DNA from: Pseudovirgaria hyperparasitica
Lineage: Eukaryota
DNA length: 64,000 bases
Direction: 5' to 3' (one strand)
NCBI GenBank assembly: GCA_010093815.1
Contig: ML996568.1
Below the pieces are notes generated by a model. The model was not told the origin of the DNA and ran no database searches. It saw only the letters and a program-made list of their open reading frames with translations. Of this stretch, positions 49,068 through 62,232 are shown piece by piece (the stretch's first letter is position 1; each line of letters opens with the position of its first letter). A program made the position numbers and the translations under genes.

Positions 49068-49889
49068 ATAAATTGCACCATGGCTTGCGTCAATAGACGC
49101 CCATAAGAAAATAGAACAGCTATGATCTGTAGTGACGGAAGACAACTTGACCAAGAGCCGTCTCAATAGACATCTTCCCAACTCGATGTTGTGATCCGGC
49201 GCTACTGTTTCGTGACAAAATAGGCGTTTGAGGTACCTAGCCCTGGGTAGGCATACGATGCTTAGCCCAATGGATAGAAGCATGCGTGACATGCGATCGT
49301 GGCAGTGCGAAATGCGCGACGAGCATGGGTGTCGGCGTCAACAGTTGGATAAACAATCTCTTCACGATCAGACGTGTTAGATACGTGTGCTATACTGCTG
49401 GATGTTTGAGACGATGAAACTGGAACAGCTGTGTGTGGTGTGAATATGTAACAATGTTACCTATGCGACCCATGCCATGCCAAATATAGGGCCCGTTGAT
49501 AGCGTTGGAAGCCCCGCAAGCCCCCAAGCGTAATGACCAAATCAGCGACTGAGCCAGCCTTTTTACGTGGGCGCAGGTGCCCAAAGTTCCACCCTTCCAC
49601 CCTTGTCCCTTGGCCTTGTGCCTCCCTGTCTGTGCGCTCGAATCCCCAGTTCATTTCCTTTGAGCTTCTCACCACCACATACACTCTCCCTTTCACTTGC
49701 TTGTTGTCCTCGCGCCTACGCACTCTCCTTCCACTCCTCATCATCTCTGCATGGCCTCTTACTTGAGCTGACCAACGCCACTCTTCGTCACCCCTTGACT
49801 ACCTGTCCAACAGCAACGAACACAAACTTCGCAGCGCAGCGCTCAGCTGAGGATTCATCAGAAAAGCTTACTTCCGTACATCCGCCAAT

Positions 49890-50827
49890 ATGCCTGGTGT
49901 TCGTAAGTCCCTCTGCTCGATACTCCAAAGGAAGCCATGCATCAACGACTCCTGCATCAAGCTGCATGAAAGCTTATACATACCGCTTCACAAAATGCTT
50001 GAAACATACTAATGCGCTCCAGCCCCGGACGCGATCAATTTGGTCAAGAAGACTCTTAAGAGCATCTTCTCTCGCAAGAAGAAGGACAAGAAGGCACAAG
50101 AGGAGACCCCCGTAACAACCGCACCTACTCAGACTGAGGCCAAGCCCACCGAGACCACACCAGCTCCTCCTAAGCCAGAAACTACTGCAACACCAACTCC
50201 TGCTCCGGAGAAGCCAGCTGAGGGAGCTGTCCCAGCTGCTCCCCAGGCCGAAGAGACTCCTGTGTCTGCCAAGACCGCCGACACTACCACTGCGAGTAAG
50301 TCATGATGCGACCTCTCGATTCACATTGATCCCAAACATATGGACCGTTGGGAATGAGTTGGCTTCTATCTACTCAAAGCCATGCTTTGAGCTGTACCCC
50401 GAGGCAGGCCCTTTAAGCGTACAAAATCATTCATTCCACCACGAATAATTCCGCTATACTGATCGCCCAACGTCGTTCAGCGCCAACTCACAATGAAGCT
50501 AACAGGATGATAGCTCCTGCTCCTGCGGTCGCCGAAGTCACACCCTCAACTGCTGCTCACACTGCTCCAACAGCCAGCACCCCTGGGGGTGCTGTTGAGG
50601 AGAAGGTCACCTCACCTGCTTCAGTCGATACTAAGCCTACTGAAGCTACTGAAGCTCCGAAGGCTACCCCGGAAGGCATGTCCGCGACCTCAGGGCCTTT
50701 GGACGACAATCCTATTCTGTCCAATGCCGCTCCTGCTACCCCTGCTGCTCCCGCTGAGCCAGATGTCCCGGCAGCTACAGCACCAGTCGTCGAGGATAAG
50801 AAGCCTGAAGCCACCCCGGCTGCATAG
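49890..50827 (+). CDS. Low-complexity Pro/Ala/Thr/Glu-rich protein
   Basis: MPGV-PPDAINLVKKTLKSIFSRKKK; introns 49903-50022 and 50296-50513 (or 50480) with clean splice signals. Confidence 0.75.
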
Positions 50828-51709
50828 ATGACTTTTCACTTATCTGGGACAGAATTAATTTGCAACATGACTTCAAATCTTGCGTTCCTTGGCCTCTCAT
50901 ACTGATATAGCAGTCATGACGTGTCTAAGCTTTGTCAGCATAGGTTCCCACTCGCTCTTTTACACTGTGTAAGGATCCAGCCAAGGGCCTCACTCAGATC
51001 ATGGACATTTGCGTGTCTCCCAGCTCTTATGTTTAGTGTCTCCTTTCACTCAAGTCATATCAAACTTGCCTCAACGTTGATCTTAGTACGGCGCGGCATC
51101 TCTAGTTATCTGATACCCCTCTACTGTACTTAATCGAGTTTGACCACGCGAGCGAGCGAGCGCGTGGACTAGTGCAATTGAGAATTTACACCTGACGGGC
51201 ACTGTGTGAAATGTAGAATTGTACGCATCGTGGGTACTCGGCTTTCCAAGAGTTGGTATGTATAGGTCCGGAATCTACGAAAAGGGAGGGAATGATAGTA
51301 CGCGTCGCGCTTTGGGTGTTGTAACGTGTGTCATGGAGCCGTCCAAAGCAACCAGAGTGTTCTGACATGGTGACCATTACAAACTATACAAAGCAGGCAC
51401 TCACCGAGGATCTGTTGTATATGCCCTGATTTGACCGTTTAGAAATCGTTCGTAAGAGCTCATACAGACGAAGCAAAGTATGCCATATCGGCCATTTGCC
51501 ACCACACTTCCGCGTGTCAAATAGAAATGGCATTGAATGTGCCTCTCATTTGATTTTCTGTTCCTTGTGAACGTATTCGTTCTATCACTTTTCTGCCTCA
51601 GCAGTACACGTGCGCTTTCACGAGCTGTGATTCCAAAGCCCTCTCTCTCTCTCTGTAACCAACATGATACACGGTCATTTTTGTCTGATCGTACGCGTCA
51701 CGCTCGCTC

Positions 51710-53633
51710 TTATTCTCCAGCCAACCGACTAACGCCGCCATCTGCGCTCAGCCTCATCCTTGTTTTAATCCTCACCCCTTTCGCACCCAGTGCAATAGCA
51801 TTTCCATCGCATACATCCAACACCGCAGTCGGCGCAAACAAGTAGCTCTCTCCTACTTTCAACTCTACAATCTCCTGGAACAGATCCCTCCCATCTCTAG
51901 CCCCTTCCTCGCCCGGCTTCTTAGCCAGCCCAGCGATATGCCCAGACAAGACACCAAACCAATCCGGACTACTGAAGCGATGCACAAAAGTCATACTACA
52001 GAGATCCAGCAGCTTCGGCGACACGGTAGGCTCCTGCGTGCTGATGACCATGCGCACGCCCGCATGCCGCTGCAGACGCACGGCGTGCAAGAGGGTGTTT
52101 GTAAACACGGCGCTGGCGTCGGTCGGGCCCATGTACTTGTGCGCTTCGTCCAGGCCGACGATCTTTGCTACGCCGTTGTCGGCTTCTAGGAAGAGCTCGA
52201 GGCAGATGTTGAAGAGCGAGCATGCTGCGGCTTGGTCGAGGAGGGGCGTGCTGAGGTCGACGATGGTCAATTCGCCCGGGCGCGCGGTGAAGAGGGGCAG
52301 GTAGGGGCCGCCGCTGTTTTTTGGAGGGTTGAGCTTCATGTAGTCTTCAAGCAAGGAGACGCGGAGGTCGAGGGGCCCGCGCTGGGTGTCTGAGAGGTCG
52401 AGTGCAGCGAGGTCGCGTTTGAACTTCTGGTAGCGGAGGAGGGTGAGCATGCCGCCGTCCTTGTGCACGCGGGCCATGACACGGAGGACTTGGTTGACTT
52501 TCTGGAATGCGTGGGTTAGCAATGAATGTGGGCATTGAGGCAACGACCACTGGCTGGGGTGGGAGGAGAAGCATCGCATACGTACAGTCATATACAGCGG
52601 CAGGTGTCCATTCTTTTCGCCAAACGCCATCAGTGTCTGCAGTCGGGCTGTATTCAGGTCCTCTGGTCTAAGGACGAATTCCTGCACGGTGAGGTTTGCC
52701 TTTGCGCCCGGAATTTTCCCATAGGCAGCCTTCAGGGTCGCATAATTAGTCTCGCTGGCAAGCACTCGAACTGGTATACCTAAAGACGCGAGATACGCTG
52801 CTTCACAAACGCTGCCTCTGGACTGGTTGTCGTAATGGAAGACGACGGCGGAAAGGGGCCTGGGAAGGCGGCCGATACTGCGATCTTCGTAGAGGCAATT
52901 CTCAAGAAGCACGGAGAGCGCGTGAGATTTGCCGCTGCCTTGGGAACCACAGATGAATGCAGACCATGGAGTCTCGGTGTTGAGAAAGATTGGCTCAATG
53001 AGCTCTTCTTCTGTTGGGTCATTAGAGTTTCCGGCTGGAGACGGCAAACAGTCTCTTGTTTTGTAGCCTAGGAGTGAGATTTGGTCGAAGGTGTAGAAGC
53101 CAGTATGCTTCTCTTGTGCAAGCTTACCGTCCCAAGTGAGCAGAGGTGTCATGCGGATCTGTTGTGCTCTACCATTGAAGCTAGCAGCCCCGACACTGCG
53201 GTTGATGAAAGCGCGTGCTGACACGAGAAGGTCACCTTCGGTTTTGCTAGATGGTTTCTCAACTGTCAACTTGATGTCCGACACTGAGTTGGTCAGATCT
53301 TTCAGACCATCTTCAACTGAACCTTTGAGCCCGCGTCCCTCTCTCTCGGTTGAGTTCAGCTCATGTTTCTTCATTTCAGGTCCTTGAGACGCGTTAGAGA
53401 ATTGCGAATTCTTGTTTTTCTTCGGCATGTCTGCGCTCGTATCACTCGGAACCTGTGGGCTGAAGTTAAAGTCTGCTAGGTTGAACGTCGAACTGAAACC
53501 GGGCGTTTGGGAGTCTTTTGAATCATCAGAGATCAACCTAAAAACATGAGCTTGACTGAAATGTTTGCAAATGAATGTGCAATAGCAACCTGGTTTGGCC
53601 TACCGGCCCTGTCGTAAACTTTGCACCGAACAT
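51710..53633 (-). CDS. P-loop ATPase of the HerA/FtsK/VirB4 type
   Basis: Walker A ICGSQGSGKSH, LTIVDLS, Walker B IVGLDEAHKY, LQRH, ISTQEP and LKVGE. In-frame intron 52502-52585; tentative first exon 53590-53633. Confidence 0.85.
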
Positions 53634-54137
53634 GTTGTCTGTAGTTCCCTGTGCACAAATATCGGGGTGTGTGCTGCAGACTCTGTAGCTTTGAAGCCTT
53701 GTGAAGATTTTAGCCTTGGCAAATAAGGGAGCTAAACAGTGTTTTGACAAGTGAAATGGCGGAAAACGGATGACACTGCGGAAAACAATATGGAAAAAAC
53801 ACAGTGTATAGGCTTGCTCAGTTTGATAATTGTCCTCATCTCTAGCAAAGGCTGGTTCAACTTTTGTTAAACCAAAAGGAACAACCGTCACTTCACTTGG
53901 AGCAAAGATACAGCCAATGAGCTGGCAGTGAAAGAGTGACATAAGACCTTCGGCTAACCAAGCTATCGTTGCACCGATATGCTATTACATGCACGCTTCT
54001 GCCAGTCTATCGGGCTTCAGACCTGAGGTCATAGTTTCAGTATTCTGCCTCCAACTTAAATGAACTAGAGGCTTTATATTACCGTCTTACCCCCTATCCC
54101 TCAAATCATGGATTCTCCACTTGGGCAATCATCATTC

Positions 54138-55735
54138 TCACGCAGGCGTCGGAGTTCCAGGAACACTATTCCTGCCATCCACTTGCGTGCTCGTCGGTGC
54201 CGGCGTCTCTGGCCTACTTTTCATACTTGGCGTCCCGGTACTCTTTCCGCCAACATCTCTCCCGCTCAGACTCTTGCGTCGACGAAAACTCATGCGTGCC
54301 CGTAGTTTCTGCCATTTGTTTGTCCGCTCGCGATCTAGCTTTTCAAGTTCTGCGGTTGTCAAGTAAACTTCCTCAAGTACCTCATTATCCTCGCCATCAG
54401 GTCCATCACCAGATATGCCTTTCCCAATAGGGGTTTGAGGCCTGCTCTCTACGCTGCTTCTCCTATCGCCAGATCTGGTGGTGCGCTTCAATGTGCTTAG
54501 CACTGTCTCCCAAGCACTGAGTCCGGCAAGTTGACCAACGGATGGATTGTGTTGTGTTGTTCCACTCCGCCAAGGGCAGTGCTCGCGGTGAGTCTCGGCG
54601 ACTTTCAACCGCAGGTGCGAAAGTGGTATATCCAGTGACTTGCTCATCTCTTGCATACGTTCGGTGGTGTACATCCAAAGGCCGACGCGCTGGAAGCAAT
54701 GATCGCAGAGAAGGAGAGGAAGAGTTTCTTGGGTTGTACCTGTCCAGCCATGGAGGGCGAGGGTAAGGGCGGGTAGGTTAGGTGTCGGCGACGGAGGCTC
54801 GCTGGTGTCGCTCTTGTCGATAGTTGTGAAAAAAGACTGCGGTAAGATGTCGATCAGTACGGCGGGTAAATCATCGGTGGGGAGGCAGAGGCTATCAAGT
54901 GGAGGAAGCGAGGCTGCGATGGTCAAGAGCGAGTTGTAGCGAAGTTTGAGAGCTTGTTCGCAAATTCCACGTCGAGCGAGGGGAATGTGATATATGTCAC
55001 CTAGTTTGAATCAGCAGGTTATGTGTACTCCAATTGAGAGAGCTTACCTTTGCAACCAGATTTTCTCCACAAACATGTCTCTGTATGTGCTGTGACAAGT
55101 AACTCCTCATACCTATCCACTAGCTCATCTTCGACATCTAGTAGCTCGTCTTCCGTCTGATCAATCTCTCTTCCCTCCGAATCTTTCCTCTTAAGTCTGA
55201 GTCGTATTGATAAGCGTTGCTCACAGCCGCCTCTACATGCCACCGTGTTCCAGCCATCCAGAATCCATCCTCTCTTTGCCCACTCCATCTCACTGATCCG
55301 GTCTGGTTTTGAAGTCCAAAGCTTGACATCCGCAAAGGTTTTGAGGCGCGCGAGAAATTGTTCTTGGCTCCATGGCGCGTAGTACGGTGGCTTTCGCGCG
55401 GCGCCTGGGCTGACCTGTGCTGCCGCTCCCGCCTTGATCAACTTGATGCTACTCGGGGTATTCTGTTGCCTTTCCTGGGTCCTCAAAGTGTACAGTTGGG
55501 TTCGGGTCAACGATGCTCTAGAGGAGACACTGCTTGGCGTAGAAGGTAGGTCATGAGTGTTTGCTGCTGCTACATCCGATAAACGAGAGCGCTTTGTTGG
55601 AGGCTCGGTACGCATTACAGAGGTTGCTGATAACACATTGCGTTCAGATGAGGAGGTGGTCGACTCGTGAGACGACGAAGTCAAATTGTCCAAGAGTTTT
55701 GCGAACTTCCGCTTTGTGGTATTAAGCGCAACCAT
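54138..55735 (-). CDS. rsm1: C3HC zinc-finger protein (Rsm1/NIPA/Pml39-like)
   Basis: PWSQEQFLARLKTF, WAKRGW, C..C...HTETCLW; second finger CDHCFQRVGLW...HREHCPW; one intron. Confidence 0.85.
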
Positions 55736-56211
55736 ATTTGTTGTGTGGGATGTGTAGGTTACGGAGAACGCGTTAGACGATTGGGATATTTGTAGCATTT
55801 GGGATATATTCATCACATTGAGTATATGTCAGCATGCATTGATATTTCGGCCTACTTCGGTATGGATCCCGTTAGCTCCACAGACCTGTGAGGTACCAGA
55901 TCCAGATAGGTTATTACAGTACAGTAGCACCAAAACTTAACCCCTCTGACGAAAGAAGTGGGGTGGAAACAAACGAACTCAGGCTGCGATGGATGTGACT
56001 GCTACTCGTGGTCATGCCAAACAGAACAACTTTACGTGCACATCAACCTAATTCACCTCGATCCTCATCCATACTCAAGTCCTCTCTTCTGTTTCTAATC
56101 GTCATCCTGGCCTTGAATACCCTCAGAAGATTCCCTTCTCGCCTCTTTCTCTTCTCTCAACATCTTAAGCCCCCCAACGCATTCTCCTCAGCTTCGCTTC
56201 ATACAACAGAC

Positions 56212-57270
56212 ATGGTCTACGAAAAGGAACTGCTGGTGGCTCAATTAGCCGTACAACGTGCTTCAATTGCCACGAAGCGGGTCTTCCATCAGACAGCGAA
56301 GGGCGCTGTTTCCAAAGACGACAAGTCTCCCGTCACCATTGGCGACTTCGGAGCTCAGGCACTCATTATACACGCCATTCGCAAAAACTTCCCGGAGGAC
56401 AAGGTTGTCGGTGAAGAAGATTCCGATACACTGAGAAAGAATGACGAGCTAAGGCAGCAGATCTGGGAGGTCGTGCAGAATACCAAACTTGAAGATGCGG
56501 AGGCAGAGAAGCTACTCGGAGGACCTTTGACAAGCGAAAGCGAGATGCTCGACGCTATTGATTATGGAAAAGATGAAGGCGGTGGTAGGGGGAGAATATG
56601 GGCGCTCGACCCGATCGATGGCACAAAAGGCTTCTTGCGCGGCGGACAGTATGCAGTGTGTCTCGCACTGATGGTGGACGGTGATGTCAAGGTCGGCGTC
56701 CTGGGATGTCCCAATCTTCCTATAGACGATTCTGCGCCGTTGGACGTCAAGATTGGTGAAAACGCAAACGATGAGGCCGGCAAGGGAGTACTTTTCAGTG
56801 CGGTCTTGGGACAAGGTGCGACGAGCAGACCTCTTGGCACGGCAGGTCTTCAGCCAGGGAAATCAATTGCCATGAAGAATTTGACGGACGTATCGCAGGC
56901 AACGTTCTGCGAGAGTGTAGAAGCTGCCCACTCATCGCACGGAGAGAATGCAGCGATCGCAAAGAAGCTTGGTATTACGAAGCCCGGTGTACGCATGGAC
57001 TCGCAGTCAAAGTATGGCTCAATCGCGCGCGGTGCAGGTGATCTGTATTTGCGTCTACCAGTCAGGAAGGACTATCAAGAGAAGATTTGGGACCATGCAG
57101 CGGGAGATGTAATTGTCAGAGAAGCTGGCGGTGTCGTCACTGACATCCATGGAAAGAGGCTGGACTTCAGTATTGGACGCACTCTTCGCGACAACAAAGG
57201 GGTAGTGGCAGGTCCTAAAGGCGTACACGATGCAGTGTTATCTGTTGTCAAGGAAGTGCTTGGCGTTTAA
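56212..57270 (+). CDS. MET22: 3'(2'),5'-bisphosphate nucleotidase
   Basis: SKDDKSPVTIGDF, VGEED, WALDPIDGTKGFLRG, MDSQSKY and EKIWDHAAG. Confidence 0.97.
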   Translation: MVYEKELLVAQLAVQRASIATKRVFHQTAKGAVSKDDKSPVTIGDFGAQALIIHAIRKNFPEDKVVGEEDSDTLRKNDELRQQIWEVVQNTKLEDAEAEKLLGGPLTSESEMLDAIDYGKDEGGGRGRIWALDPIDGTKGFLRGGQYAVCLALMVDGDVKVGVLGCPNLPIDDSAPLDVKIGENANDEAGKGVLFSAVLGQGATSRPLGTAGLQPGKSIAMKNLTDVSQATFCESVEAAHSSHGENAAIAKKLGITKPGVRMDSQSKYGSIARGAGDLYLRLPVRKDYQEKIWDHAAGDVIVREAGGVVTDIHGKRLDFSIGRTLRDNKGVVAGPKGVHDAVLSVVKEVLGV

Positions 57271-57354
57271 AAAAGATATGCGGTTCAGAACGTACAGCAA
57301 GATGTATATGTACATTGAACTGTAGAGGTGTCGGTGCCATCCGATAGACACAAA

Positions 57355-58158
57355 CTACTTAATTTTCTTATTCTTCATCCTGACTACTTCGTTGTTAACG
57401 AATATGCCCTTGCCTTTATACGGCTCCGGAACTCTCCATTTCCTGATGTTCGCCGCAAATTGAGTGAGCACATGCTTGTCTGGACCCTCTAGAAGGAGTC
57501 TGGTTGGCTGCGGGGAGCTTGCCTTGACACCGCGAGGTACTGCCAACTCGATCGGATGTGAGTATCCGACTTTTAAGCTCACGAACTTCTGACCGTCATA
57601 TTCTGGCTTGAGAGTTGTTGCTTTGTCGTCAACACTTGCGCGATATCCGACACCCACGAATCGGAGGATACAAGTGTGCCCTTCTGATATACCGAGAACG
57701 TGACTGTGTATGTAGCTTCTAGTCGTACCTATTTGTACAATCAGAAACTAAGGTCGTTCGGACAGAAGGGAGACATACTGACCCCACATCTCGCGATGTT
57801 TCCTGACAGTCCTATCCTCGATGGACACATTAATTTCACTCCTTGCAGGGTCTTTCATAACGTTGATGAAACTCGGGTACTCCATCTGAGCTTCGCCCAA
57901 GGGTCCCTTCAGGTGTATCAACCCATTTACAGCTTTCACACGCGCGTTCTGGTTGGTAGGAGCGGGAGGCGGTGGCTTGATAGTTATTTGAACCTCTGGA
58001 GGAACAGAGATCGGAGCAGAGCCGATTCGAGATTGCGATTTAGTCGTCGTGGAGAATTGCGCTTGGAATGCGGGAAGGAGAAACGAAGGTATGTATATCG
58101 CGCCGGGATGCGATGACAGAGAGCTGCTGATGCTCCGCTGCGCCGTTCGGGAAAGCAT
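57355..58158 (-). CDS. MRPL6: Mitochondrial ribosomal protein uL6m
   Basis: Presequence, SRIGSAPI, KGPLG, LKVGYSHP and RKWRVPEPYKGKGI; one intron. Confidence 0.95.
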
Positions 58159-58685
58159 GGCGCTCGCTGGGACGTGTTTGACCAACGGGTGTCTGATCGT
58201 GATGAGGTTGTAACTTTTGCAGGGAGGAGGCTCTTTGGGATAGGGAGCTTTCCGAACAGCTTCGGAGTCGGCAAACCCTGTGGAGATCAGCCAGGAGTCC
58301 AGGAATGCTTCAACACCATTCATCCCGGTCACGTCTTCATTATAGGTGTTGAAGATCCTTTTCGGGTAACAACGAGTTGGTCTTTACCAAGTCGATAGCG
58401 TATGAGAGCTATCCCTTACTTCTCACGCGGCTTAAATCTCACCTCTATAAGCAAAGGCCTCACCTTCGCCTACGCAGCGCAGGGTGAAGTCAATTCAGAC
58501 GTCGATCACCCGTATTATATTTAATACTGCTTCAGTGCCTACACTACTCAACCTCGTATTTGCTCTTTCGTTTTCTACTTCTCATCTCCAGCTTGAATCT
58601 ATCTCGTATCCCGTGATCGATTGGATCACTGCTTCATTTGCTTTCCTGTCTAGTCTCGACTTCACTATCCATACCTTCACTCGTC

Positions 58686-60730
58686 ATGGAATTATTTGCT
58701 ACTCTGATTCAAGTCTTCTTTGTTTCTTCTTTTGCAACAGCTACTTTCAGCCAAGGTCAGTACTAACAAGGCATGCTGTATTACTTGAGCAAGGCGATAT
58801 GGTGTTTGCTCGGATTTAAACCCAAAAGCAAGTATAAGCATTCAGAGACGATTTGGCTGACTCTCACAGATGGTGGCAGTAGCGCTAACAGACCAAACTG
58901 GTCCTCTGAGTTGATGACTCGGATTCAAGAGCACACCGGTCATCAGCCAGAGATATACTCGCACGCATTGAAAGTCATGGAGGGACTTAAAAGCTCCCCA
59001 TCTTGCATTCGTCTCGCTGTTTCCACTCTTGTAGACACTTGCCAGTCCCTCGAGACGAAAGGGGATGATATTCCCGCCAAAAGCACAGAGCTAGCGCTTG
59101 ATGAAGTCAAATCGGAATTCGCGGCAAGATTGGCTATGTGCGAGCTGGCCGGAGCCCGAGCAACGCTGCCAGATTTCTGCAAACCACTTACGCCATCTAA
59201 TACAGCATGTCCACGGTCTCGCTTCAGCGGTGTCTTTTCTTGGAGCCCCCAAGATGTGAGTGACAAGCTTTGCTACCCTACTGTGAGTGACGCACAGATC
59301 AAAGGTTGCTTGGAGGCCCTTGAGTCTCGCCCTCAATGGTGGACGAGCTATAGCAATGCACGGCAGAATGCTGTTGTCATATGCCAAGCGAGTCGAGATA
59401 TGATTGAGAAAGGTGAGTCTATCAATCAAATTCGGCGCTCAAACGTGTTTGAGCGTGCTCACAGATCATAGATAATGTCCTTAGGACGTACAAGTCGCTG
59501 ACCGAAACTGTATCAAATATCACTGCTACTATGCAGCGATCCATGCAAGACCATGCGACCTCACTCGAGACCACAAAAGAGTACACTGAATTTTTGATCT
59601 CGCTACAAAATGATGCAACTCGTGCTTTCACGGCTGGTAATAAGGAGTCTCAGGTTATTCTGACCAAGTTCTTGGTAGATATACAATCTTCTATAAGCCT
59701 TGAAACTGCGAAGATGTTACAAGCCTGGAGTGAGACCGAGTCTCGCATAGATGCATTGAACCAGGTAAGTAGTATGAATCACACTTCCCTACCATTACCA
59801 ACATTTTCAGATCATAAAGGGTTCTAGCACTGAGCTGGAGCACATGCGACAGAATACGGCCGGTACATTTGGCATAATGCTGTCGCGTATTTCCGAGCAG
59901 AATGCACTCCATGATGACCGCATAGAGTACAGTAGCAGTCTCGCTGTCGAACTCTTGCGAACACTTGAAGATGCCCGGAGATCTCAACTCGAAGCTTTCA
60001 GTGAGACTGCGGCAGGTCTGAGCGACGTTCGTGTGGGTCTGGTAAGTCATCCATCGTGATGACGTTGATGTGGGCTAAACTATGGCAGCAACTCGTGGAC
60101 CAGAATCTGGCCGACATGCGGCTATCACAAGCAAAGGTTCATGCCGTATGTATCCAAATTCTGTCTAAGGATGAATGTCTTGACAAGATGACAGGAAATT
60201 ACCTCTACCGAGTTACGTCTTACGGACATCAAAGTAGATGCCGAATTCATCAAGCAAACCATGACAGACGCTGCTGAATATGCTAGCACTTTATCAAAAC
60301 TTGTAGGCTACGCAAGGTTTTGGCAATGGATCCTTATTGCGATCCTCATAGTACTGTGCGTTATGCCACGAAGTCCAACATTGGCGATTAGTGTCCTGGT
60401 AGTCCTTTTTGTTGGTGAGTATTGATTCTTAGTATATTTGATCTGAACTAAACCCGTGTAGTTACGTCCCTACTTGACTTCCCTCTCCCAACGCTGAAGA
60501 CGTCGCCAGAAGTTCTTTATGGTGTGTCTTCTTTCAGTTCGTCTATATGGCAGTCTTTGCCAAATGCGGCTTCGATATGGGTCATGTTCGGAGTCGCATC
60601 AGCAGTCACACTGGCAGTCATATTTTACTTCGCTTTTCGTCGCATGGTTCTCACGCGATACAACGGTGGACTATTGCCAAGCATTGAAGTACCGCGGGTT
60701 CCATCAGCAGAACGAAATGGGTACTTCTAA
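58686..60730 (+). CDS. KAR5: Nuclear membrane fusion protein Kar5/Tht1
   Basis: Signal peptide, Cys-rich domain (FAARLAMCEL, CLEALESRPQWWTSYSNARQNAVVIC), coiled coil and C-terminal TMs; six introns modelled in frame. Confidence 0.9.
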
Positions 60731-61111
60731 CTGTTCCTTGACGTCAAAGTACGCGACAGACCTTTAGGAAGCTATCTGGTCACTGATGAGGCAAAGTCAA
60801 CACCAAAAGTATATCCTCTTTATGCACGAACGATGGATTTCCGCCTCGACCCGTCATCATACCCCATGTCACATCTATCTACTCCTTTCCTCGCGAACAT
60901 CGACACGCAGCGTATATTTCCATCACATTCTACTATCTCATCACACACAGCATTACGACGGGCGTCATATATATTCAGTCAGGCATATTCAGGCATTTCT
61001 GCGAGTCTTTAAATGGATTCTTAAAGGGGAGGAGCTTACTTCCGTATTCAGCGTGCATTGGTTCTGAGATTCCAGTGGCAGTCATTTTCTATAGTTTTTA
61101 TCAGTACCTTT

Positions 61112-61676
61112 TTAGTCCTCAGCGCAAACGTTTTCGCCGCTATCAGAACAACCATTACAGCATCTAGAACATTGTACTCCAGCAAACATCTCTCTGATGC
61201 AATTCCACCCGTTATCTTCGACCTGAACCTTGTGTACTAAGAATGATGCGATCCGGTGATCCCATCCGTAGTCTCGCAGATCGTCCTGCACAGGGCACTT
61301 AGCAAAGCTCACGCCACAGGTATCCAAGTTACCTACAATTCCTGGCCAGAAAATAGCATCTGTGGGATTGTCGCAGTAATTCCTTCGACTTAAAGTCACG
61401 GCAACACCCGTGTCAGGGCGCAATGAACTGATGGCCGCAAACCACGGCTCCGAAAGGTTGATACACGTGTTCAATGGAAAAGTTGTGTAGTTTTTCAGCC
61501 CTTTTAGATTCGGCTCGGTAGACATCCATATCTATTATTGTTAACTATGTCTCGGGGCGGGACGGCTCTATACGGACGCCTCCACTTTCCGGAGCTGACA
61601 GATCCCGTCGGTATTCTGTGGTCGTTGCTGCCATGCTGAAGCCCACAATTAGGACGAAGAGAAAGCGTGAATACAT
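61112..61676 (-). CDS. Small secreted Cys-rich protein, beta/gamma-crystallin-like pattern
   Basis: Signal peptide MYSRFLFVLIVGFSMA; intron 61532-61577; 172 aa, 10 Cys; AISSLRPD and WDHRIASF motifs. Confidence 0.75.
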
Positions 61677-62232
61677 GGCTGTTGAGGAGCTCAGTGAAAG
61701 AGGGTGTATGAAGCGAAAAGGAATGTTGAGGCTCTGCAATAGCAATCTCCTCGACTAGGTATGGCTCTATTTGTACTTTAGATGTAGCAACTGCTATATC
61801 AAGCTACCAGGAGCCCTTTTGCACATATATCGGCTCGTGCCCTTCTTGTGGAGCCACGCCCGACCATTGCGATCGAACACGGCCATAATAGTGGCTGCAG
61901 GACGCTGTAAAGGCATGTATATGCACACCAACACCTTAACAGTATATTGAAACATCCCGTTCTCCAGTTTGTGCATGCACATGATACAGCGGCTTGAAAA
62001 CGGTGCTGTAGTGCAACATTGAATTCTGTGAACTCGGTTGTGGACATTGCGGGCGCCAAGAGTTATAGGGCTGTCTTGAACTCGGATCCATCAATGCTCG
62101 AGATTTTGTCAGAGCTTGCCCACCACAGGCTTCAATTCCGTCACTGTTACACGATACAGATGGTTGAATGAAATCTTCCCCAGATACCTGCATCCTAGGG
62201 ATGTGTGCTACGGCTTTCTTGTTCTTACCATA

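Noticed and set aside
52000..52490. High-GC stretch in the HerA-like gene as evidence of recent horizontal transfer
   Set aside because: Similar GC-rich stretches occur in other genes here (~31000, ~44400, ~45500), and the gene has a typical fungal intron.
57270..57355. Very short gap between convergent MET22 and MRPL6
   Set aside because: Overlapping 3' UTRs are common in compact fungal genomes.
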